A DNA stretch of 64,000 bases from Diplonema japonicum. Lineage: Eukaryota; Protista; Euglenozoa: Diplonemea. The notes beneath the pieces were generated by a model. That model saw only the letters and a list, made by a program, of their open reading frames with translations. It was not told where the DNA came from and made no database searches. A program made the translations under genes and the position numbers. How positions within the stretch are numbered: the first letter of the stretch is position 1; each line of letters starts with the position of its first letter. Where the stretch lies: NCBI GenBank assembly GCA_964019335.1, contig OZ025651.1, positions 434,001-498,000 on the forward strand. The letters run 5' to 3'. This document shows, one piece after another, positions 10,331 through 20,670 of this stretch.

Positions 10331-11413
10331 CTATGTAGGAAGCGCCACGGGGTTGTTGAGCCTGTCTCGGACGGGCTGGGCGAAGGGCCAGGGTCCGACG
10401 GTGGATTCTTTGCTGCCGTTGAATCGGACGGATTGTGTTTTTGTTTCGTACATGGCCCAAGTGCGGTAAAGTTCACCAGTAGATTGGGGAATCGGTCGGT
10501 GGCTGTCAGGGTGCTGTGACTGGAAGTTTGCAGTGATGCTGGGTCCGGGAAGATGACCGAAACCTGTGTATTTCCCCCGCGTGCCATGCATGTTGTGGGG
10601 GTGGCGTCCGAAGGACTGAAGATGTTGGTCAAGAGAGTTGGTCTTTGAGTTCCCTCGGAACTCAGGATAGTAGGCAGGGTTGGCTTTGTGTTGACCGAAG
10701 GGCGAAGGATGCCAGTTCCACTCGCTGTCATCCCAACCAGTTTCGATCTTGTCGATTGGTTTCCTGGATTTCGGGTAGTGGGGAAGCTTCCATCTAGGGA
10801 GAGAAGGGTGCCCTTCGGTGAATTTTATAACCGGAAGATTCGATAGGTCCAACGTAACAGGTTCGTAAGAAGGGTTGTTGTCCTTGCAGATCACTTGCAG
10901 AGCGTTGAATACATCGATCCCATTGTTGTTCCATGTGGAACGCATCAGCTTTGGGTGCCAGTGGTCTTGGTATGACCATGACAGCAGGCCCTGCAGTGTG
11001 GTGTATAGGTCGACACCGGTACCTGCTGTGATTTTGAACATTGTACTTTTTTTCCATCCAGATTCCTCGCACTGTTCCACTGCTCTCAACGGTCCAAGGT
11101 CATCCATCAAATTGTTGTATGGGTTACGGACTACCACGCTCCCTGTCCTGTTGACCAAGACCCACCCCGACAGCTTCCCTGCTCCCCCGGTTGTGTACTG
11201 CCCAGGGTTCAGCTTCACCCCGCACAGCCGATCTCTCATCGTTGCCTCATCCTTCTCCACGTGGTACCACTCGGCGTTCATCGGAGTGTACCATTCTGGA
11301 AAGGTCTCTTTGTCTGACTTATCGTAACCAAAATGACCCTTGTCCGGACGGACTCCCTCCCTCCACAGCGACCGTGTTTTTTGAGCCGCTCCTGCTATTC
11401 TTCGTGACAACAT
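10331..11413 (-). CDS. Hypothetical protein, probably mitochondrion-targeted (360 aa)
   Basis: Long ORF; Arg/Ser-rich, acid-free N-terminus MLSRRIAGAAQKTRSL; A-rich leader. Confidence 0.75.
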   Translation of the reverse strand: MLSRRIAGAAQKTRSLWREGVRPDKGHFGYDKSDKETFPEWYTPMNAEWYHVEKDEATMRDRLCGVKLNPGQYTTGGAGKLSGWVLVNRTGSVVVRNPYNNLMDDLGPLRAVEQCEESGWKKSTMFKITAGTGVDLYTTLQGLLSWSYQDHWHPKLMRSTWNNNGIDVFNALQVICKDNNPSYEPVTLDLSNLPVIKFTEGHPSLPRWKLPHYPKSRKPIDKIETGWDDSEWNWHPSPFGQHKANPAYYPEFRGNSKTNSLDQHLQSFGRHPHNMHGTRGKYTGFGHLPGPSITANFQSQHPDSHRPIPQSTGELYRTWAMYETKTQSVRFNGSKESTVGPWPFAQPVRDRLNNPVALPT

Positions 11414-11524
11414 TTCTTTTTTTTTTTATGTGCCAATTTTTCTGATATGGATGTTAGGGAGAGACGAAAAAAAAAAAAAAAAAAAGAAGAAGTAGAAAAA
11501 GACTTTAAAATATAAAAACGTTTA

Positions 11525-12325
11525 TTACAATCGAGCCTTCCTCCACACCAGTTTCTCGATGATCCCGTCTGCAGGGATGAACGGGATGTGTTTTACAATG
11601 GAGATGGCACGGATCTTCGACGGGATGTACACCCTGCGTGTCTTTTGCTGCGCCTTTTTGAAGATTATGTCGACCACTTCCCCGACAGGGATTTCAGAGG
11701 AGGAACCGGTGTGAGGGGCGGTGGAGTCAAGGCCTTGCGTGATGCCCTTTGCACGGAGGTTAGTACCGGAGACGGACACAATGAACACTTCTGTCAAAGT
11801 TATGGAATGCGAGGCATCGGCAATGAGCGTCTCGCAGAGAGAATTAAGCGCGGCCTTGCTGGCGCAGTAGGCAGCTCGTCCAGGAAGGCCGATGAGACCA
11901 CTGGCAGAGTTTAACACCACAATATGGGACCTGCTTGCGTGGAGAGTCGGCAGCAGGACACGAAGCACATTGAGGACTCCGAAGAAATTGACTTGCATCA
12001 TCTTATCGTACACATAGCTCGTTTCGTCTGTAGGTTGCCAGGCCGTGCCCTTCACCTGATGTGAGCCGGCGCCCAGTGTGATGTGCACCAGATCGATAGG
12101 ATCCTTTCCTATCCTCTTCTCCATTTCAATGCACTCTGCCAGTGATGTTACATCAGCGGGTACGACGTTGCACCTCTTCGCGCCCGCCTTCATGCACCCT
12201 CTCGCCACCGTTTGTAGGTCTCTCTCCGTCCGCGCCACTAAAACTAACTCGTCGCCTTGAGCAGCATGCTTCAACGCCAAGCCCTTTCCTATCCCGGAGC
12301 TGCCGCCTAATATTATCACTTTCAT
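11525..12325 (-). CDS. Short-chain dehydrogenase/reductase with a PTS1-like C-terminus (-ARL), 266 aa
   Basis: GGSSGIG Rossmann motif, VNFFG, catalytic YCASK; ATG preceded by A13. Confidence 0.9.
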   Translation of the reverse strand: MKVIILGGSSGIGKGLALKHAAQGDELVLVARTERDLQTVARGCMKAGAKRCNVVPADVTSLAECIEMEKRIGKDPIDLVHITLGAGSHQVKGTAWQPTDETSYVYDKMMQVNFFGVLNVLRVLLPTLHASRSHIVVLNSASGLIGLPGRAAYCASKAALNSLCETLIADASHSITLTEVFIVSVSGTNLRAKGITQGLDSTAPHTGSSSEIPVGEVVDIIFKKAQQKTRRVYIPSKIRAISIVKHIPFIPADGIIEKLVWRKARL

Positions 12326-12533
12326 TTTTTTTTTTTTTGTTGTTCGGTTTTCCCTTTTACTTTTTTTTTTTTCTTTCTCTCCCCTTTTCTTTTTTATCGA
12401 GCGGAGAAAGAAGAAGAAAAGATAATAAAAAACACACACACTTTCTTTTTCTCTCCCTCTTCAACACTTTTTTTTTTTAAAAAAAACCTAAATCGTGTCC
12501 CCCCCCCCCCCCCCCCCCTCTTTTTTCCCCTTT

Positions 12534-13355
12534 CTAATTCTCGACCGCTTGTTTTATATTTGTTGCTGCACGCAGTCTAGATGCCTGGTACCCTCCAACA
12601 AGGGTGGAGGGGTAGGAGGAAAGTTCCTGCGGCTTGGGAGTCGGTGGGTGGACGGGAAGCGTGTTTTTGATGTATTCATCAGAAGGTGCTGAGACGAAGG
12701 CGTGGCGGTGTATCCAGTAATCGTTACCAAAAGAGGTGGATTTGGGAGAAGTGAACCCTTTGGGGTATCCGGTAGTTGATGCCCGTGAAGGACGGGGAAG
12801 GGACACGGTGTTGCAGCACTGCCGCTCGGGGTGGGTGAATGGCTTCCCTCTTGTCTTCGACGACGACGATCTGCTTTGCAATTCAGTAGCGGCAGCCTCG
12901 GCACCTTCGAATGCTTGCCTTGGACAGCCAAGGAGCTTCCATGTGTACCATACACTGTCTCTCCAGAATTCTTTTAACACAGATTCTGCTAGTTGTTTTC
13001 CTCCAAGACCTGTTGTTCCAGATATGCCTTTCAGTATATTGCTCCTTACGGCCTTCATCCGGCTCGCTGCCAGTTCAAACGGTTTTTTCGCAGCTGCGCT
13101 CCTCACCACGCAGACCTCGTTCAGGCACCTGAACATGACGTGCCCCACCAGCGTGCACATGAGCATGTACACGTACAGCTTGTACCCTTCTCCTTGCAGC
13201 TTCACTGTGCTCCATTGCCCTTCAGGCATAGGTGCGACAGAGGGGCCTTCCAAGGCTTCTTTCTGGTACGTCTCCCCGATGTGTTTGCAATCTTTTGCAG
13301 AGGTGTTGATCGCCTTCAACAATCTCGATATCTGAAAGAGGGTTTGTTTGTGTGT

Positions 13356-13386
<31 letters not shown>

Positions 13387-14208
13387 GGTATTCATACCAA
13401 AGCCTCTACCTCGGAGGCAAAGGGTTGTATTGCGTCCGCTTCCTTTATCGCGGAGATCATCGTTGAAGATTTTGTCTGTTGGTGACAACTTTCTTTTTAT
13501 ACAAAAAAAAAAAAGAAAATACCTGAAGTTCCTTAATATCTTTCAGAAACTGCGCCTCGTCAGGGACAGGCATTTTGTGGTTCGATCGAAGCCCTGCATT
13601 TTTTTTTTTTTTAATTGTTACCAATCCCCTTATATCATACGTTTCAAAATCTCTGGGAGGCAAGAGTCAAGCTCGGCGGTAAGCTCGTAATGAAGCGGCT
13701 CGGGTTGTGTGATGGTGGATTTTTGTGGGAGGATGGTCACGTCCTGTCGAATGCAGGAGAGCACCGCGGGGAAAAGCTGAGCCTTGCCCACAACGTAAGG
13801 GGGGATGTTACGTTTTGCTGTTATGTTGTGAGTGGCGAAGAGGATGGGGTTCAAGAACGGAATGTACCGCTTCTTGTGGGCGAGGGCTACGACGACAGGC
13901 TGCAGCATGTAATCTACTAAATGTTCCACTACGTCATCTTGGGCCATTTCGGCTATCTCCCCGTATAGGGCGTGGACTACCTGTGGGCTCTCATGTTCGG
14001 GTTCCCCTGCTTTGCCGCATCTTTCCACCACCTCGTCAAGAAGCTTTTTGCACCCTTCCCATCCATTCTCGGTGAGCGCTTTCACCACCTTCGCCTTCCA
14101 TTCCGCGACAACTACTTCGAATTTCTTCTTTTCCTCTACCTTCGGGACCTTCCCCGCTTTCTCTGTTGCGACCGGTTCTTCCCTCGGTCGTTTTTTACTT
14201 TCTTCCAT
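12534..14208 (-). CDS. Hypothetical protein; 4 exons (14208-13641, 13593-13523, 13475-13398, 13331-12534), 504 aa
   Basis: Three GT-AG introns join ORFs 13630-14208, 13457-13663 and 12534-13322 into a single stop-free frame. Confidence 0.75.
13332..13397 (-). other. Cis-intron, 66 nt, GTATGA-poly(C)-(CA)n...TTTCAG
   Basis: Contains an in-frame TGA; removal gives ...EVEAL|ISRLLKAIN... Confidence 0.8.
13476..13522 (-). other. Cis-intron, 47 nt, GTATTT...CACCAACAG
   Basis: Removal restores the frame (...IKELQ|TKSST...). Confidence 0.75.
13594..13640 (-). other. Cis-intron, 47 nt, GTATGA...A14-TGCAG
   Basis: Contains the stop of ORF 13630-14208; removal restores the frame. Confidence 0.8.
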
Positions 14209-14695
14209 TTTTTTTTTTTTTGCCTTTCCTGACTGGCTTGCGTAAGATACTTAAGTGTGTGAAAGAAAAAAAAAATGTGAACTTCAACAGAGACCGTGCA
14301 CATACTTCAAAAAGATAAAAAAGAGCCAGCGCAGGGGGGGGGGGGGGGGGGGTAAACAACAGAAATCAGATAGTTAACCGAAATGGTACGCTCCAATATT
14401 TTGAAGCCCCCCCCTCTTGTGTGAGATATGAGGCGATCAGAGTATGAGGCATGGTAAAAAAAAAAAAAATGTACAAATAAAGAAGAAGCTTGTTGACACA
14501 TAACCAAAAGGTGTATCAGACACGGAAAGGGGAAAAGAAAAAAAGATTTCATTTGATTTTTCTCTTTTTTTTCCCATTCTTTTTCTTTTTCTGTTTGTTC
14601 TGCTCCTTCGTTCAGTTGAGATCTTTCAAAGAAAAAAAAAATAATGGTACTTTCTTCAAGCAAAACAAAAATAAAAAAAAAATCAAAAAAGAAAC

Positions 14696-17606
14696 TCAAC
14701 CCTTGTAACTCTCTCTCGTACTGGATTGACGAGTGGCCTGGAATAGAAAAAAAAAATTTTTTTCCCCCTCCCTCATATCTTTTACATACCTCATACTCAG
14801 AAATTGTTTTGTGTAGGGTTGTGTCATGCCTTTTGTATTCCATCAGCTGCTCGCCCCATTTTTCAACCTCTTCGGTGTTGCCCATCTCTTCAGATAGAGC
14901 TTGCATATTGCTGATTAGCGAAATCACACGCTGGGTGTCGTGATGCCCATCTGGTGCCACAATGATACTATACGCCCTGTGGTAGCAGCTGCGTGCAGAG
15001 TTCAGGTCACCAAGCTTGTGGTGAAGCGAGCCGAGGTTGTTGAGAGTTTCTGCGACGCAGGGAGACCCTTTGGGGTTGTGCTGTTCCCGGATGTTAAGAG
15101 CCTCTCGGTAGAGAGGCAACGCCTCTTGGTACGCACCCTGCGCGGAGTACGAAGAAGCAAGGTTGTTCAATGAGGTTGCGGTGTTCGGGTGTCCCGCCCC
15201 AAGCTTCTTCTTGGTGATGTCGAGGTCCTTGAGGTACAGCTCGGTCGCCTTTTCGTAAGCGCCTTTCATGTCATACAGCGACGCAAGGTTGTTCATGCTG
15301 GTGGCAACATCCTCGTGGTCGGTGCCTAAAAGCTTTTCGGAGATTTCCAAATCCAGTTTATACAACGGTTCAGCTTCCTCGTAACGTTGCTGCTCGAATA
15401 GATTCACCGCCAGGTTGTTCAACGCAGTGCTGACCGACGAGTGCATCTTCCCGTACCGCTCAGCGCGGATCCACAGGGTCAGAGCTCGGAGTTGTTCTGC
15501 GTTGTCAGGTTGTCCTTGGCCCTCGTACACCGACGCCAAGGCTGTGTAGCACGATACGATTTGCAAGCACATGTCGCCGTAGGCTAGCCTGTGGCTGTCT
15601 GTGGCTTTGTTCAGCATTTCGACCGCCTCGTCTGTGTTGTTCATGAGGGAGTAGATGACGCCTTGCTTGTACTCGATTTCTGCGAGCTCCTTCAGGGAAC
15701 TCCCGCAGAGCCGCAGAGCTTGCCCGGCATAGTCCAGCGCTAGCTGCCAGGCTTGGTACGCCGCAAAGAAATCAGAGACTGCCATCAACGACGGGACCGC
15801 ACGGTGGTACGTCACGACTTCTTTGAGCAGCGCAGCAGAGGTCTTCGCGTTGTCGTTTCGGGGGTTGCCGTCGGTGGAGTCCGCGTACATGAGCTGTTGC
15901 ACGCCGCCAGCAACTGCAGCAGGCCACCTGTCGGTGTCCTTGTACTTGTCCATGAACTTCCTTGCGAAATTGTCGTCGCATTCTTCTATCAACGGGGTGT
16001 AGAAACAACACGCGCTGGCCTTGATGTGGTACGGCTGCAGCTCTGACACTTTGAACTCCATCGCGGAGTGGCCGTACGACAGCCGCCCAGGTAGATCCAA
16101 TACAATCCTTGCATCCCTTATCAAAAACTCGACCAACTGTGAGGATGCTGGTGCGGGTCCTGTGACGGGGGAAATCATCCTTCGAGACATCTCGTCGGCG
16201 ATTCTTCGCAGCTGTTGCTGGTCGGAACTTTGCAGCGATTTGAGAAACTCGACGGCAGCTTGGGAGACGTGCTCCGGCACCACCACGGGGAGCGTGCGAA
16301 TGGTCTTCAGAAGAACCCGCTTCGCGGCTTTTCCGTAGCACACGACAGAGATCAGTTCACGGATCTCGTTGTTATCGACTAGGTCGCTGACGTGCCGGAG
16401 CGCGGCCACGTTGACGCCTTTTTGATGCACGATTTCTATTATTCTCAGGCATTTTTCGTACATTCCGACGTTGGGCGATGCGAGTGTTTCATCGTTTTGC
16501 AAGATCACGCTTGCTTCACGACATGCAGTTGTCAGCATGTACGTGGCCAACCGTCTGCATGCGGCGTCGTTGTCCCTGTGCGCAGGGAGACCGTACATGG
16601 CGAACGCAGTGCACGCGACAGGCTCCCGGAACTCCGACACAACTTCGTGTCGTAAAAACAAACTATGCTTCGCTGTCGCGGTCTGTTCTTCATTTGCAAC
16701 CGGGAACACCGGCATCAGATTCCGAAGGTCTGTTATCTGATACCCGCCTGTCGTCAAAGACCGCACTGTAACATCCCGCGGGCCGTATAGAGGTGGCCCA
16801 CCACCGGTTAAGGGTGTTGGTTTGAGGTTTAAAAGCGTGGATAGTTTTGATAAAAGCGCCTCGACCTCCACTTCCGTCGAAAAAACTGTTTTTCTCCCGA
16901 CCTTTGAACATTGGTACACAACGGGGCCGAGAACTGATGGGTAGGATTCGCCGGAGATGGTGACGTAGAACCCGCTGCATCGTATTGAGGTCAGCAAGGG
17001 AACGGCGAGCTTTGGGCTGACGCAAGTAGTTGCTACTAAGTGGTTGTTGGAGGCTTCCCTGGAGGCTTGTCGCCCGCTGTCTTCGTCGAGATGGATTTTG
17101 AGACGGACGGTTGTAGAGTGTTGAGCGAACTCGATGGGTGGTGTGCCGCATGACTCCGGCAGCCATACGGCGTCTCGAAAGCTTGTTGTTCTCCGTGACA
17201 ACGACGCCTCGCTGAACGTCTTGTCGTCGTCGCGGAGATGCAGCTCTTGAACCATCGTCTCTACTGTGGATGTAAACTCCGCCGCGAAGTCTTCCACGAA
17301 TTTTGTCAGTTTTTTTATTTTTTCACCCAGCCCTTTCACACCCTTCACTCCCGCCATTTGTAATTCTCTGTACTCCCTCTCCCACATTCGTGTCGTGGAG
17401 ACCTGCACCTCTACTATTTTCTCGTTTTCTATTTGTGTCACGGCTTTGTCCCGGCTGCTCACGCCCCCGTTGGTGTCGGTGTCGGTGTCGTAGATGGTCA
17501 CGGTCTTCATCCCCACGTTGCCCAGGTCCTTGCAGAGCTCTTCCGACTCGTTGATTATTTGGTGGCATCGTTGGTACTGAACCTGGGCGGAGGCGGAACT
17601 CCCCAT
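14696..17606 (-). CDS. Clu (clueless)-domain plus kinesin-light-chain-type TPR protein; 2 exons (17606-14790, 14737-14696), 952 aa; possible N-myristoylation (MGSSAS)
   Basis: Clu-like segments (YQITDLRNLMP, FLRHEVV, HQKGVNV) and TPRs (HPNTATSLNNLASSYSAQGAYQEALPLY); the tail of the 1123-aa ORF is low-complexity read-through of an intron. Confidence 0.85.
14738..14789 (-). other. Cis-intron, 52 nt, GTATGT...T10-CTATTCCAG (conventional pyrimidine 3' end)
   Basis: Consensus donor and size; splicing gives a short C-terminus ATRQSSTRESYKG*. Confidence 0.7.
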
Positions 17607-17825
17607 CGTGGCTGAACGAAGAGCCCTTCCCCCACTCCCTCCTGCTTTGGGGGGCTTTTGTTTCAAAAAGAATAACAACGGGTAACTTGTCTCTACCTAT
17701 CTAAAAGAAAAGGAAACAGGAACAAGGGTGCACAAACATATGTAGGCCCGCTTTTTAAAAAGAAATTATTTTTAAATTTATTTTTACAAAAAGAATGATC
17801 GAGTGAGGTATATGGTTCTCCTCCT

Positions 17826-18638
17826 TCACCCACACGGGCGGTATGTTAGATGTGCGTCCTGGACCATTGGGAGGCGTCTCTGCTCGTTGGGGATTTTTGT
17901 GTTTTGAATGAACCCCTTGCCGACATTGGGTACGCTGTACAAGGGCTGCAGGTCGATCTCGGACAAGGAGGAACAGTTGTAAAGAAAATGCTCACCGATG
18001 GACCGGAGTCGTCTGAAGCAAGGGAACTCAAGGTGGGTGAGGGAGGTGCAGTTGTAGAGGAAGCAGTACCCGATGGAGGTGACGGAAGACAAAAATGCGA
18101 GGTCGATGGCAAGAAGTGCTGTGCAGGACTCAAGGAAGTAGTTCCCGATGGTTACAACCGAGTCGAGCGAAGAAAGGTCGACAGACAGCAGGCTGGCTGC
18201 GTACCTTAGGAAGCTTGATGAGATAGCGGTCGCGAAGCAGTTGACAATTTTGATGCTCCTCAAATTCTTCGGAAGGCTTTCGCCATCAATGCGCAGCACC
18301 TTGGCGCTCCCACCTGCATTCACTTCCAGAGTCAAGTCAGGGTCTGCTGCCACTGCTGCTTCAAGCCTTTTCTTCTCCTTCACAAGGTCATCTATAGATA
18401 CCATAACCACTCGTGCGTTGTACTGGAGGTCTAGCTCGCACCCATCTGCCAGGCTGCTCTCCCACACGAAGCCTTCTTCCTTGGAGAGGTCTTCCCCCTC
18501 GTGGCTTAGGTCGAAGGAGTCGCTTCGCGCACCGATTGCTTCTGCGGCCCTTTCATACAACTCCTCAATGGTGTGGTGGCCTTGAACCTCAATGTCCCTC
18601 TTGCGGCCCGCTTGCTTGATGAACACATTGATACTCAT
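17826..18638 (-). CDS. N-terminal ubiquitin-like domain plus leucine-rich repeat protein (270 aa)
   Basis: Ubl-like N-terminus; repeats of LxxxDLSSLxSVxxIGxxFLxxC. Confidence 0.8.
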   Translation of the reverse strand: MSINVFIKQAGRKRDIEVQGHHTIEELYERAAEAIGARSDSFDLSHEGEDLSKEEGFVWESSLADGCELDLQYNARVVMVSIDDLVKEKKRLEAAVAADPDLTLEVNAGGSAKVLRIDGESLPKNLRSIKIVNCFATAISSSFLRYAASLLSVDLSSLDSVVTIGNYFLESCTALLAIDLAFLSSVTSIGYCFLYNCTSLTHLEFPCFRRLRSIGEHFLYNCSSLSEIDLQPLYSVPNVGKGFIQNTKIPNEQRRLPMVQDAHLTYRPCG

Positions 18639-18834
18639 CGGGGCGTCTTGGTCGGTTTTTTTAAAAAAAACCCCCCCTCTGTGACGCTTTTTTTTTTTTT
18701 TTTTTTCTTTTTGATTGCGGTGCTAGAAATATCAATAAGAAAAAAAAAAAAACATATAAGAAAACAGAAATGTAATTAAAACCGAAATAGGGGGTAAGGG
18801 GGAAAGATGTGAGGCCAAAAAAAAAAAGAAAAAA

Positions 18835-19769
18835 GATTCACTATGATAAGAACGAAGTAGTTAGCAACGGCCCGCCGCGGTGGCGTGCCTACCTTATGAT
18901 GCTCCCCTTTTGGGGTCGTTCCCTGCTACCCACCGTAGTGCCTAGCTGTCGTTTATATCTTCCAATCCTTTCCTTCCGGTAATCTTCTCTCAGTCCTTTC
19001 AGCTTGGTCGCCGTCAGCCCCGATGCAAACAGGGCTCTCCTATCAAAGCCAACGACGTGGTCGCGGCCAATGGATCGTAGTGATCTCACGTTCTTGCATG
19101 ACTGCGCCGGAAAAGCGCGTCTCCTCTTTCTCCCTCATCCATGTCGCTTGCAGCGTATCCAGGATCCGCTTGATCCTCACCGCCTTCTTGTCGATGTCAA
19201 TCGTCGTGTTGACGTTGGCCCCCAACGTCTTCTTTGTGTAGCATTCGAAGTCAATCGCCAGCTCGATCGCCGACACGGACGTTCCCTCCTCCGCCCACCG
19301 CAGCGCAGCCAGCCATCTCAGCACCTGATCACCATACTCCCTGAGCTGCGGGGTCAGCTTGAGCTTGTACAGTTCCACAATCTTTGGCTCCTCGAAACGC
19401 CTTCCTTGAGTCGTCACCATCCACGGCGGTTCCTTCTCAACCGCGAACCGTTTCACCGCCAGAGCATCGTCCCTGCGCCAAAAAGGATGTCTTTGAGGGA
19501 ACCTGCAGTATGTGGCAGGGTCGCCTAGCGACTATCAACACATCCTTGTGTCTAGCGAGTTGTTGGGACGCATCCTAGATCTGCAAACATCAGGTGGAGA
19601 CCCTTGACTCTAGGCAGGTAATGATGCCGTGTACGCGGGTGCAGTGCTAAGCGGCATGCTACAGGAGGATGCTGGTCACCTCAGGTATCTCGCACGAGAG
19701 CCGCACATGTCGCATAGGCGACGATACCGGTAATAAAGTACAGAAATTGTAGCTTTAGAATCATTGTTT
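18835..19769 (-). mobile_element. Degenerate 5'-truncated non-LTR retroposon (family B) headed by a spliced leader
   Basis: Broken ORFs with CDMC knuckle remnant, WLAALRW and VSAIELAIDFE, homologous to families A and C; ends ...TCATAGTGAATC followed by a T tract. Confidence 0.8.
19731..19769 (-). other. Genomic spliced-leader exon copy (AAACAATGATTCTAAAGCTACAATTTCTGTACTTTATTA)
   Basis: 39-mer near-identical to the copy at 39725-39763, with the euglenozoan SL core TTTCTGTACTTTATT; not followed by a GT donor. Confidence 0.85.
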
Positions 19770-20291
19770 TTTTTTTTTAAAAAAAAAGAAAAAAAACCCC
19801 ATTTATTTTCTTCTTTTTTAAAATGACGTGCTAGGGAAGATAATAAAAAAGAAATGCAGGTGAAAGGAATGAGGATTTAAAAGGAGTAAAAAAGAAGAAA
19901 AAATAATTGCAAATAAGAATGGGAAAAAGGTGTCTTAAGGTGTGGGGGGGGGGGGGTTATTTTTTTCCATAACAGAGGGAGGGGGAGAGGGGCAAGAATC
20001 AACAAAAAAAAGTGAAGGGAGGGGTTTACATTTTTAAACTTTTTGCCTTCAGCTACAGTGTGCGTTCCCCACCACTAACTGAAGTTCGTTCTTATTTTAT
20101 TTGAAACCAAAAAAAAAAAAAACTCTTATTTCTTAATTTAACGCCGTGGAAATCACCCCACCCCTCCCCCCCCCTATCACCCCTAAAATAAAGTCCCTTC
20201 CTCACTATCTCAAGATTGGGCTGATGGATCAGCTTTCTTAAATAAAACTTTCAGTGTCCCCAGATGGACTGGGTCGCTCGTCTCCCTGCCC

Positions 20292-20545
20292 TCACTCCCA
20301 CCCCGAAGCATTAAACTCAGAATCCAAGAATTGTGCCACAAGGGGTTCCTTTTTTTTTTTCTTTCTTTTTTTCCTTTTTGCCTCTGTTCTCCATTCAGTG
20401 TCTTCAGGGGTGGGGTGGGGTGGGGGAGGGATTTGCCAAGCAAGTGTCCGAGTGGACACCGATATTTCTCGGAGCTGAGGATTCTTTTTAAAAAATCCCC
20501 CCCCCCCAATCCCTCTAAGAATAAACGCACCTCATCAGATTCCAT
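20292..20545 (-). CDS. Small spliced protein (MESDE|NPQLREIS...ASGWE, 68 aa; 57 aa if 20349-20381 is a GC-AG intron)
   Basis: Upstream pyrimidine tract plus AG, ATG, and a 47-nt GT-AG intron of the same size class as the others. Confidence 0.5.
20484..20530 (-). other. Putative cis-intron, 47 nt, GTGCGT...G-run...TTTTTTAAAAAG
   Basis: Size and composition match the other introns; no homology support. Confidence 0.55.
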
Positions 20546-20670
20546 GTGTCGATGGCCAGCTTACGGCCCGTTTAAATGTTAAAAAAAAAAAAAGATAAGA
20601 ATACGGAAAGGGGAGGGGAAGGACGAATTTGTTTAACCCTTTCTTTTTCTTTTTTTTTTTTTCCTCTTCT

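Noticed and set aside
14307-14695. C-terminal extension of the 1123-aa ORF
   Set aside because: Phe/Lys-rich translation of homopolymers after a consensus intron donor; treated as UTR.
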